Part shown: positions 53,555-64,000 of the stretch, piece after piece | Layout: every line of letters begins with the position of its first letter | Numbering within the stretch: the stretch's first letter is position 1 | The notes under the pieces: generated by a model | What the model was told of the DNA's origin: nothing | Seen by the model: only the letters and a program-made list of their open reading frames with translations | The model's database searches: none | Source: Macrostomum lignano | Taxonomy: Eukaryota | Length of the DNA: 64,000 bases | Reading direction: 5' to 3' | NCBI GenBank assembly: GCA_002269645.1 | Contig: NIVC01002292.1 | Span: 1-64,000 of the forward strand | Translations under genes and position numbers: made by a program

Positions 53555-54840
53555 GGAAGGTGGAGAGGCAGATTCTCAGGCACTGAGGGGGAGCGGAGAG
53601 GCAGACTCTCAAGCACTGAGGGAGAGTGGAAAGGCAGATTCTCAGGCACTGAGGGAGAGCGGAAAGGCAGATTCTCAGGCACTGAGGGAGAAGCAGATTC
53701 TCAAGCACTGATGGAGAGGCAGATTCTCAAGCACTGAGGGAGAGCGGAGAGGCAGATTCTCAGGCACTGAGGGAGAGCGGAGAAGCAGATTCTCAGGCAC
53801 TGAGGGAGAGCGAAGAGGCAGATTCTCAGGCACTGAGGGAGAGCGAAGAGGCAGATTCTCAGGCACTGAGGGAGAGCGGAAAGGCAGATTCTCAGGCACT
53901 GAGGGAGAAGCAGATTCTCAAGCACTGATGGAGAGGCAGATTCTCAAGCACTGAGGGAGAGCGGAGAGGCAGATTCTCAGGCACTGAGGGAGAGCGGAGA
54001 AGCAGATTCTCAGGCACTGAGGGAGAGCGAAGAGGCAGATTCTCAGGCACTGAGGGAGAGCGAAGAGGCAGATTCTCAGGCACTGAGGGAGAGCGGAAAG
54101 GCAGATTCTCAGGCACTGAGGGAGAAGCAGATTCTCAAGCACTGATGGAGAGGCAGATTCTCAAGCACTGAGGGAGAGCGGAGAGGCAGATTCTCAGGCA
54201 CTGAGGGAGAGCGGAGAAGCAGATTCTCAGGCACTGAGGGAGAGCGAAGAGGCAGATTCTCAGGCACTGAGGGAGAGCGAAGAGGCAGATTCTCAAGCAC
54301 TGAGGGAGAGCGGAGAGGCAGATTCTCAGGCACTAAGGGAGAGCGGAGAGGCAGATTCTCAGGCACTGAGGGAGAGGCAGATTCTCAAGCACTGAGGAGA
54401 GCAGAGGCAGATTCTCAAGCACTGAGGGAGAGCAGAGGCAGATTCTCAAGCACTGAGGGAGAGCAGAGGCAGATTCTCAAGCACTGAGGGAGAGCGGAGA
54501 GGCAGATTCTCAAGCACTGAGGGAGAGCAGAGGCAGATTCTCAGGCACTGAGGGAGAGGCAGATTCTCAAGCACTGATGGAGAGCGGAGAGGCAGATTCT
54601 CAAGCACTGAGGGAGAGCAGAGCAGATTCTCAAGCAATGAGGGAGAGCGGAGAGGCAGATTCTCAAGCACTGAGGGAGAGCGGAGAGGCAGGTTCTCAAG
54701 CACTGAGGGAGAGCGGAGAGGCAGGTTCTCAGGCACTAAGGGAGAGCGAAGAGGCAGATTTTCAGGCACTGAGGGAGAGCGGAGAGGCAGATTTTCAGGC
54801 ACTGAGGGAGAGCGGAGAGGCAGACTCTCAAGCACTGACT
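53555..54840 (+). repeat. 33-bp minisatellite (GGCAGATTCTCAGGCACTGAGGGAGAGCGGAGA) with shorter variants and a 217-bp higher-order period
   Basis: Read directly; identical ORFs recur at 53675/53892 and 53701/53918, offset by 217 bp. Confidence 0.95.
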
Positions 54841-55035
54841 GAAGGGAGTGCGTATTTGCAAACATCAGCAAGCAATTGCATTTTTGAGATTTGGAAATCC
54901 CCAGTTTTGAGGAACTGCTGCCCACAGACATTTCGCAGATGAGCGATCTAATGCTCGCCTTGCACTCTTGACAAGCCGAAGTAACACGTCTCTAAATCAA
55001 TGCTCTAAATAGATTTTGCAACTATAGCAGCTAAA

Positions 55036-55332
55036 TTGATTGTAAAGATTCATCAGGCACAGGCCGTTCGCATGGCAACCCAGCCAGTGGTGATGCAGCA
55101 GCCAAGCTCAATCATTGGGCACCGGAGCTGCACAGAAGGGGCAGGTTTGCAATCAGGCGGACTCGACGCGGCGCAGCCGAAAGACCATGTGGGTCAGAAG
55201 ATGCACACGATGGTCAGATGTGCTGCCATCGCCTGCGCTCCCTGCGGCGCTTCGCTGCTGAACTGCTGCCAGCTGGTCCATCCCTGCTGCACGGGCAGTC
55301 GGCGCGACACCTGGAGAGCTGGAGTTTATTAA
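55036..55332 (+). other. Possible PLAC8/cornifelin-like exon or relic
   Basis: MATQPVVMQQPSSIIG N-terminus and a Cys-rich tail are only reminiscent; the core W..GL..C motif is not clearly present. Confidence 0.2.
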
Positions 55333-55614
55333 CTAGAAGCAACTGCTACACCTGCTTTTTGCACGAGTTCTTTGACTGACAGGACTAGAAAAACATTTCT
55401 CGGAAAAAAAAAATATTTTCCAATCAAAGCCACTCGCTATGCTTTCCCTTTCAGTGCTGTGGTTATACAAGTATGCATTGCACACTTTTTAAGGGCTATA
55501 GAGGGTTACTGGATCGTTCTGAATTGACCAAATGTGCCTCTAAATCACCGGAATAAAACAGCATGTGCATTGGATTTTAAAATGCGAAATGTTAACGCCT
55601 AAAGTGAAGTGAAG

Positions 55615-56370
55615 CACTCATCCTCAGTTGCTGGTTAAACCTCCAAAATCCTCAGTTGCTGAGCCAGCCTCCCAGATCCTAGGTTGCTGAGCCAGCCTCC
55701 CAAATCCCCAGTTGCTGGAACAGCCTCCCAGATCCTCAGTTGCTGGGCCAGCCTCCCAGATTCTCAGTTGCTGGGCCAGCCTCCCAGATTCTCAGTTGCT
55801 GGGCCAGCCTCCCAGATCCTCAGTTGCTGGGCCAACCTCCCAGATCCTCAGTTGCTGGGCCAGCCTCTCAGATTCCCAGTTGCTGGGCCAACCTCCCAGA
55901 GTGTCAGTTGCTGGGCCAGCCTCCCAGAGTGTCAGTTGCTGGGCCAGCCTCCCAGATCTTCAGTTGCTGGGCCAGCCTCCCAGAGTGTCAGTTGTTGGGC
56001 CAGCCTCCCAGGATGTCAGTTGCTGGGCCAGCCTCCCAGATCCCCAGTTGCTGGGCCAGCCTCTCAGATCCTCACTTGTTGGGCCATGCAACCTCCCAGA
56101 TTCCCAGTTGCTGGGCCAGCCTCCCAGATCCCCTGTTGCTGGGCCAGCCTCCCAGATTCTCAGTTGCTGGGCCAGCCTCCCAGAGTGTCAGTTGCTGGGC
56201 CAACCCCCCAGATCCTCAGTTGCTGGGCCAGCCTTCCAGAAGGTCAGTTGCTGGGCCAGCCTTCCAGAAGGTCAGTTGCTGGGCCAGCCTCCCAGATCCC
56301 CAACTGCTGGGCCGGCCTTCCAGATCCCCAGTTGCTGGGCCAGCCTCCCAGATCCCCAGTTGCTGGGCCA
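55615..56370 (+). repeat. 28-bp minisatellite CAGTTGCTGGGCCAGCCTCCCAGATCCT, about 27 copies
   Basis: Read directly; it explains the three overlapping ORFs 55684-56447. Confidence 0.95.
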
Positions 56371-57117
56371 CAGCCGCTAACTCTCAGATCCTCGATCAGT
56401 TACTGAACCTTCACCTTTCACACCCTTTCCAAATTTCTGATAGTTAAAAATTGGAAGGCCGATTTGATTGGAAAAACTCTCAAGATTCGATGTTTTTTTA
56501 ATTAAAGTGGACAAGATTTTAACTCAAGCTGCGCCAAATGCATGGCTACCCGCTTTTTTGCTGTTCAGAAGACCAGCGAGTCTGAAAGTTTTCTCTGCAC
56601 TAAGAGTAATATTGGCCTTTAAGTCTAGCACTACTACTAAACTATATTTCTGGATCGTGCATTAAATGACCCCAGCCAATACGCGATCACAAGCCGTTTA
56701 AGCACGGTTTTAGGGTTTGATGCAGGGATGCAGAATCGTGTTTAATTGAAAAGCAAGTCTCCCACTAACGATAAAATTGCTCCTGACCAGGCTCAATTGG
56801 CTTTTTTGTTTCCAGCCAGCTCTCTGCACTCTCATTTACTCCACCCACCAATTAGCTTCAAAACTGAGTGTACAGCAATTAGCTGTACTGAGTGTACACT
56901 GGCCAAGTGCATTGGACAGACAAGTCTTGCTATGAAGTACAAGGTACGAGCGTAATAAGCTACAAGGTACTAAAACCCAATGTACATAGCAGGCAGATAT
57001 TTTGATACTAAAAGCTGCAGTTCTTCCCTCATTCTATAGTTTTCATTTCTATTGCAAACTAAACTGAAAATTGGCAGAATTCATTCTGCGATATTTTTTT
57101 TCTACGTCGTAAGAAGT

Positions 57118-60100
57118 ATGCCGGATCCGTTGGTAAGTTGATAATTAAATGGATATTAAATGGATATTGCACTGGTTTTAATATGGAGTGGATCAATCAC
57201 TCGCATGGATGGAGGCATATCATATTTTTGGGTCTCATTTCTGTGGCTCTTGTCTATATATTGATGAGCCGATCGACTGACTTTTCGTGATGATTCGATC
57301 ACGGAGATGTTACACTTGCAGAAAATGGTGTTATAAAGTGGAGAATTTCGAGTAAGAATCTTCCGAATGTTTTGGGATCGCGCTCTGAGGATTTGAATAA
57401 AATTTTAAGTCCACCTATTTTTCAAGATTCGCTGAGTCAATTTATAGTTCGGCTGATCTCAAAGAGCCAGCAGAGATTGCTATGAGGCGAGGGGGTGAAG
57501 GGATAGCCAAGCTTCTTGCTTGATTTTTACAAGGGTTTATTTCTAGCATTCCCCCCAAAGTCTTTCCCATTGAATATATTTCCTTAGCACACTACTGCTC
57601 CCAATTGGTTGAGACTGAGACCGAATCTCCTGCTGGTTAGAGCACTCGCATTGGTTGGTATAGCATTCAGAGCCAGAGGGATTACATGATCACTCAATCG
57701 GATGCAAACGCAGGCACATGTCATGAGAGAGATTCATGCATCTAGAGTACGTAGGTCCTCACTCTCGTCGTTAGGCATCGCACACATTCCATAGCTTCGA
57801 GTTTGACTACCCATGGGTGGGAATGGCACCTGTTTATAGGTGTTAACCCAGGGGATTTTGTATCAGTCCGGATCTCAGAAAACTGCTGCATACCTGTGAT
57901 ACAGATGCCCTATTATTAACCACGTGTTTAAAAAACCCCTATTTGCTTCAGTCCCAGACCAGCGAGATCGCAGAGAAGCTGAAGGAGGGAAACTACGGTC
58001 TGCTGTTGGATCTCGTAGCCAAGGAGGACCTGACCCCGTCAGACTGCAGGGCGGTCCTGGCTGAATGCGCCGGGACTCCCGGCGGTCTGCGCGCGAACTG
58101 CGCCAAGAGCTTCGAGCTGCTGATTGACCGGTCAGCTTGCGAGCTTCACAGTGCCGATGAGAACGGGGACAGCCTCGCCCATCTGGCCGCCCGGCATGGC
58201 AACTTGATGTTGCTGGCTCTGCTCCCGGCTGAAATCAAATTCCAGACCAACAACAAGGGACTCACGCCATTTATGGAGGCCGCCCAATCCGGGAAGACCC
58301 GCTGTGCGAAGCACTTGATGCACCTGTTCAGGCAGACACACCTGGCCAGCAACTGGCAGGCAGTTCTGTGCAAAAATAACTCGGAAGGTCGGACGGCGCT
58401 GGACATGGCTGAGGAGTGCGGCTGGCACGAGTTGGCCAAGATAATTGAGGCGTGAGTGAGGCAGCATATAATATAAAGAATCCGATTTTTAAATGTTAAA
58501 ACAGTTTGATAAATACTTGTACACCGATCATTTTAGTGAACTGAAGTTACTTGAGAACGGCCTGACGCCCCAGGTGAGTGTTCAAAAACTTGCTTGCAGA
58601 TTAATTTAGCATCCTTAGACTAATGAACGGCTATAGTTTGTACTTTTAAAAATCGTGGTGCCAAGCGGACACGTTGTCAAAATGTCAATTTTGGAGTTGC
58701 CATTAATTGTCATTACACACTTGCGTGACAATGACGATTCGAGGCACATGCGAGCGTAAACATGATTGTGTGCTCAGTGCTTGAGCCTGTGGCAAGCGTC
58801 TAAAGTCCTTAATCCCCAAAAATTGTCTAATATACGTACCTTCCAGCAAGAGCGAATTCGCAAACAGCTGGAGCAGCTCGCCCTTGCTGGCAATCTCGCC
58901 GAGCTCAAGCTGCTGGCCACCAGCGCCAACTGCGACTTGCCCGACGGTGCCGGCAAGACTGCGCTGATGCGAGTCTCCGAGTGCAAGTCAGCCGGCCTTG
59001 AGGTGCTGAAGCTCCTGGCAGGTCTTGGCGACCCCACGGCACCTGACGCCAACGGCTGGAGCAGTCTGCACTCGGCCGCCGCAGCCGGCTGGGAGGGCGC
59101 GATGTGGGCGCTCGCCGACTCCGGGGCGGCCGTGAACTGCGGCGACCACCGCAACTGGACGGCCCTCATGCAGGCGGCCAGCCGCGACCACGTGGACAGC
59201 GTCAGGGCGCTGCTTCGGCTTGGCGCCAACTGGGAGCTGCGAGACAACAGCGGGAGCACCGCGTTGTACTATGCTGATAGGAACTGCTGCAAGCAGACCT
59301 CCGTACTGCTGGGCCAGTGAGAACTCTCTATTTGTTATCTTGTTGTGTGCTGCAATTTTTCTATTTTACTACAACACCTAGACTCGCTAAATGACGCCCC
59401 AAGGTTCGCGGATAAATCATTCTTCAAGGAGAAGCTGCGAGTTCACCCGTGAGAAATTTGCTCTTTGATCTGTTACAAGCCATTACGAGCCACGATGCTG
59501 TTTTCACGGATGATGAAATGCCCTCTTTTTCAGGCTTCTGGCTAGCGCAGACTCTGCAACTCTGCCTACAATGAGGTCTTTTAACAACCGTCCGACTCTG
59601 CCGGTTCGTGCTCCAGGTAACAGCGGTATTAAGCAGCAAGAAGGCTCAAGGCTTGATCTGAACAGCAAGCTGGATGCACTTAATGCAGCTGCTGCAATGC
59701 AAGCAAAAGAGACGCCGGTGGCAGCTGGTGAAGTATCAATGGAAACAGAAGCAGCAAAACCAACGGAGAGTAGCACGGTTCCGAAAGTGGAATGGTGAGT
59801 TGCATTGCAGATGGTTTTTTATAATTTGTTAGTCATTTCTAACTTAACCGAAATCAGTTTGTTTGGTGTTTAATTGGTGACAGAAGACCCTCAGGCAGCG
59901 AACTGGAAGATCAAATTGCTTTTCATACCCTGAGCATTGAGCTTACACACAATACACAATGAGCTTACCCTTGCAGCAAGTCCGTCATGAAGAGCATAAA
60001 ATTCGGCGAAGAGATCGGTCGGGGCGCATTCGGAACTGTTTGCCGGGCCACTCTGCCGAACAGCCCGACCGAGTACTGCGCCAAGTTCATTAACTTGCCC

Positions 60101-62345
60101 TTCCACGACACAGACGGAAAGGACGTCAGAAATCACAAAGTCGCAGACAATATCAAGGCTGAACTGAATCTGTGCGGACTGAAACACGAAAACATTGCAA
60201 AATTTGTTGAAATATGCTACAATGCCGATAGCCTGCAGATCACTGTTGTGATGGAGCGCGTCTACGGTAAAACGCTGAAAAATTTTCTTAATGGAGAACC
60301 TGTTCAAATCGAAGTGAACCGAAAGCTAACAACCCAGGTGAGACTTGCCTAGATTTGAAAGTTAGAGAAGAATTTCATTTTAAACTCTCAAGTGGAAACC
60401 CTGCTTACAGATCTGCAGCGCTCTACAGTATATGCACAGCATGGGTGTTGTTCACCGGGACATCAACGGCAACAACATCCTTATAGATGGAAATAAACTG
60501 GTGAAGCTTATCGACTTTGGTCTGTCTCGCAGGCTGTGCGAATCGGACACGCACTGCCTGGAGAGCAGCACGATGCCGAAAGGGACTCTCCACTTCCTGG
60601 CTCCGGAGAGATTCGGCGGAGACGACCAGGAGGGCGGCAGCTCCGGTCGAATCTGCCCCAAATCGGACGTCTGGGCCCTCGGTTGCATCGTGTACTACAT
60701 GGCAAATGGCAGAGTGCCGTATGACAACATAAAAAGCTTCGTGCATCTTGGCAGCAAAATTTCAACGTTCGGCGCTCCTTCACTGGCGAGTTCACCGGAG
60801 ACATGCGACATCAACATGATAGATTTTTACGGCTGCTGTACAGACAAGAATTACAAAACTCGAAAGTCGTCAGCTGAGCTGCTCAAGCATCCATTTATCG
60901 TGTGCAGTACGTGCAGATTAAGTTGTTGAATCAATTTAAATATTTTAGTATATACTAGGTTTAAGTATAGCAAACCTTTAGTTCACTAAGGGGATGGGGT
61001 GAGTAGCAAAGCGCTAAAACACGTCATACCTGATGACGAGAGTGTCCGGGCCGCTCAAAGCTCTCAGGATGTACCTGCGTGTGTTAAGATCTACTTTGAT
61101 CCTAATTTGCGGTTGCACTCAAAGGTTCTCTTGCGATCGCAGACTATTAAACTCATACTCATCAGTAGCTGTCACTAGCTGACTATATAGTTTAGGCCCT
61201 GCTTCTAGTACAGATATTAATTGGAAAACTGATGACAATCATTTCATCCAAACGAAATAAAAAAATTTTAGATTCTGACCATTTGGCCGTAAAAAGTCAG
61301 AATAGCAATGACGATGACAATGAGAAAGGCAGCGGTCCAGACGGAGGCGATTGCAAGCGCAGGCCAAATGCAGGCCACGGAGATGGCACAAATGATCCCA
61401 GAGGAGCCGCTTCTAATGACGGAGGTGGTCGAGGCGGGCCAAGTGGCAGCTCTGAAGGCAGCATATTGAATAACCCCGGAGCCGTTGCGTCTCAGAGGTT
61501 GGTCCCTGACAGACTAAAAGTATATTTGATATATTTGCATCACCAGAAGAACAAATCGCTATTGCAGAACCGCTGAAGACGACGACCGATACCCAGTGAC
61601 GTCTCCGCGACGGGGTGTTTGTCTAATAATCAACGTTGAAAAGTATGACAGGAGGTCACTCCTCGAGGATCGGGAAGGATCTCGCTTGGACGTAGATAGG
61701 CTATCAACACTGTTCTCAAAGATGGCTTATAATGTCCAGTTGGCGGAAAATCCAACTAGTCAGGAGATGCCGGAACAAGTTCACGCGGCTTCAGTTGAAT
61801 TTGGCCGTTCCAACCTCGGCTGCTTTGTGTGCGTCATCATGGCTCACGGCTCTAGTGGGGAAGTCTATGGAAGCGATGGAGAATCCGTAGGCTTAGAATC
61901 AATTATGCGGCCTCTGTACCCTGTTCACTGCACCAGTCTGCTCAACAAGCCAAAAATTTTCATTATTCAAGCGTGTCGTGGATTTAATGCTGACGAGTCG
62001 CGCTTTACATCAAATCGCACGGAAGATTCCAGATTCAGCCCTTATAAAAAAGATTTTCTGGTCTGCCATTCAAGCACTAAGGGCGAAACAGCCCATCGGG
62101 ATCGGTATAATGGCTCACTGTTCGTACAGACATTCTGCGACGTCATTCGTGACCGGTTTCGTCACGATCATCTGACGGACATTATGGCCAATGTAAACTG
62201 CAGACTAATGAAGGCTCAATCTTCAGCTCGGCATGGGTTCGATGATATTGTTGTATCCGAGTACTGCTCGACCCTGACAAAGAAGTGCTACCTGGATTCT
62301 GATATAGTAACAGATGTAAGGGTTAATTCTGAGGAGGACATGTAG
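57118..62345 (+). CDS. Ankyrin-repeat + Ser/Thr protein kinase + caspase fusion protein, 9 exons, about 1047 aa
   Basis: Exons 57118-57132 (tentative), 57952-58451, 58537-58573, 58847-59316, 59534-59794, 59977-60337, 60411-60906, 61272-61497, 61568-62345. All introns are GT-AG with matching phases (0,2,0,2,2,0,1,2), 3144 nt in total. ANK motifs (GDSLAHLAA, GLTPFMEAA, GWSSLHSAA, NWTALMQAA); kinase (IGRGAFGTV, YCAK, HRDINGNN, DFG, LAPE, DVWALG); caspase (RGVCLIIN, REGSRLD, MAHG, QACRG, DFL...AHR...GSLF). Confidence 0.8.
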
Positions 62346-63246
62346 GACCTGAAAGTGTCTCATTTGTAGCTTCTACTAAAATTTGGAACCATAAATTTGG
62401 GAAACGTTGAATATTTTTGTTCTGCCAGTTTTTCATTAGATTTGCATTAGATCGACTGATAACGCGTCATACAGTGTAATGCAAATGCACGTATCTGTCA
62501 ACGTCGAACGTCGGCCAGACTTGCATGTATTGATATAGTTCAGGTGCTGTGGCTTATATCAGAAATCCTTTGCTATAGTGGCAATCTAGAATTAATTTCG
62601 CAAAGGAGACTGTCAGGCCTCAGAAAATTACTACTTAAAATTACTAATTATCTTCTAATCGGACATTTTGTCCGCCATCTGTTTACTCCATCTGATCTAC
62701 CCGCTATTTTACGCCTAAGAAACGATGTTTGTGATCGTTTAATTTGCATGCTAAATTGTCATTTTGTATTTTAGGTTAAGTTCTCTGTAGATCCACGTTC
62801 GTCTAAGTCTTTAAATTGTAACGTTTCACATATTTTTATTTTACTACGAGCAATATACTGTAGGTTTGATTCCGAACACAAATTGCAACTACAGATAAGG
62901 TGACAAATAAAATGAAATCTGCCAATTCGAACATGCAAAGTTTACAAGCCATTGTGAATTATTACCCCCTTGTAACTTCGTTTATCCAGGCGAGTGGCTT
63001 GTTGTACAAGAAGTACAAGAAACTGTGAATTTTACGTATTTAATTGCCCTGGATGAAAGGACTCTTATCGAGCTTGTGTCGAGTGTTAACGACTCCACAC
63101 TTTAGGAGCAACTCTATGGCCCAAACCCGGGGGACCAGGCCGCTACGATCTTATGATCTGAAAGCAGCTAGCTACATAAAATACTCTCATCGCTGCATTA
63201 GCTGAACGAGAACTCAAGCCAGCGTGCTCAACTTGCTGCCATCATC

Positions 63247-63576
63247 ATGTCCTCATCTGACCGTAACATCGACCGGAAATGCGACGAAGTTCGCAGTAAA
63301 ATCGAAGCCAAGCTGCAAGCCTCCGGCGAGCAGGACCGGATCCGGCGCCACATCCGGGCGGCTCTGAACAGCTCGGGCTGGATGGACGAAGTGAAAAGCC
63401 AGTGCCGAGATCTCATCCGGGCCAAAGGGGTCGAGTACTGCACTGTGGAGGAAATTGTCGAGGCGGTGCTGCCGCAGGCCAGAGAGCGGGTGCCGAAGGA
63501 GCTCAAGCAGGAGGTGCTGGACCTGCTATGGAAGTTTGTCGACACGCACGACATTGGACTTGGAGATGACTGCTGA
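63247..63576 (+). CDS. ENY2: ENY2/Sus1 (SAGA DUB module and TREX-2 subunit), intronless, 109 aa
   Basis: IEAKLQASGEQDRIRRHIRAALNSSGWMDEVKSQCRDLIRAKG...TVEEIVEAVLPQARERVPKELKQEVL matches the ENY2 family pattern. Confidence 0.9.
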   Translation: MSSSDRNIDRKCDEVRSKIEAKLQASGEQDRIRRHIRAALNSSGWMDEVKSQCRDLIRAKGVEYCTVEEIVEAVLPQARERVPKELKQEVLDLLWKFVDTHDIGLGDDC

Positions 63577-64000
63577 TTACGTCACACAATGTACTGATTT
63601 TCATCGAGAAACTTAGAACCAATTACAATTCAGTTCGTCAGGGGCTTCGTTTTATTTAGCACCGCTTTCATGCTTCTTATAGTAGTCTCCATGTACTGAT
63701 TTCGATGTGGTATTTTAACAGCAGTCGATTGAAATTTCTGTGCTCGTGCCGAGTGCACTAGAAGACTTTTTGTTCTTAATGTAGCATTGAAATAAGAGAT
63801 TATTTTTAGTACACTATGCATTGATTTCGTATTGAAATTGTAACCAAATAGTAAAGATGAAATCAAAATTACATGTATTTGCGCCTAAGCGACATAAAAA
63901 CAGTTATTTATTCGCTTTTCTTGATTTATTTTGGTGACGCGCCTTTATCTGCAAAAAATGCTGCCAATTATTGGAATTCCAAGTCTACAGATAAAACTCT

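Noticed and set aside
53322-56447. Repetitive ORFs (PENLPLRSPSV, LLGQPPR...)
   Set aside because: They are open in several frames because of the tandem units; no splice or codon evidence for coding.
57943-62345. Three independent genes (ANK, kinase, caspase) as implied by the ORF track
   Set aside because: Each apparent stop overlaps or follows a strong donor, each apparent start follows an acceptor, and the phases match. It remains formally possible without cDNA.
28965-62345. Functional cluster of growth and death genes (yki, cytokine-like, kinase-caspase)
   Set aside because: No shared regulatory evidence in the sequence; unrelated genes are interspersed, so chance linkage is likely.

Overview
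Repeat-rich animal genomic DNA. Spliceosomal GT-AG introns are often only 60-85 bp and exons are GC-rich; the style suggests a free-living flatworm such as Macrostomum, which is inference only. All gene models were spliced by hand with intron phases checked. Genes: a divergent 4-exon Rab-like GTPase (-), a 2-exon neuropeptide prohormone releasing YADF-type peptides (+), Yorkie/YAP (-), an intronless secreted helical protein resembling Unpaired/IL-6-family cytokines (+), a small secreted WSC-domain protein (-), an RS-rich NHL/beta-propeller-like protein (-), cyclophilin B (+), ENY2 (+), and most notably a 9-exon, about 1047-aa ankyrin-repeat + Ser/Thr kinase + caspase fusion gene (+) that the ORF track splits into unrelated pieces. 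Mobile DNA: a degraded hAT transposase, an I-group LINE (PHD-APE-RT-RNaseH), an internally deleted P element retaining an intact spliced THAP-only ORF, a MITE carrying a P-transposase fragment, a Crypton-like remnant, a Gypsy integrase relic, tRNA-derived SINEs and several MITEs with TSDs. There are eight micro/minisatellite arrays. Two regions show strong CpG-to-TpG/CpA decay. No CRISPR, rRNA or convincing tRNA was found.
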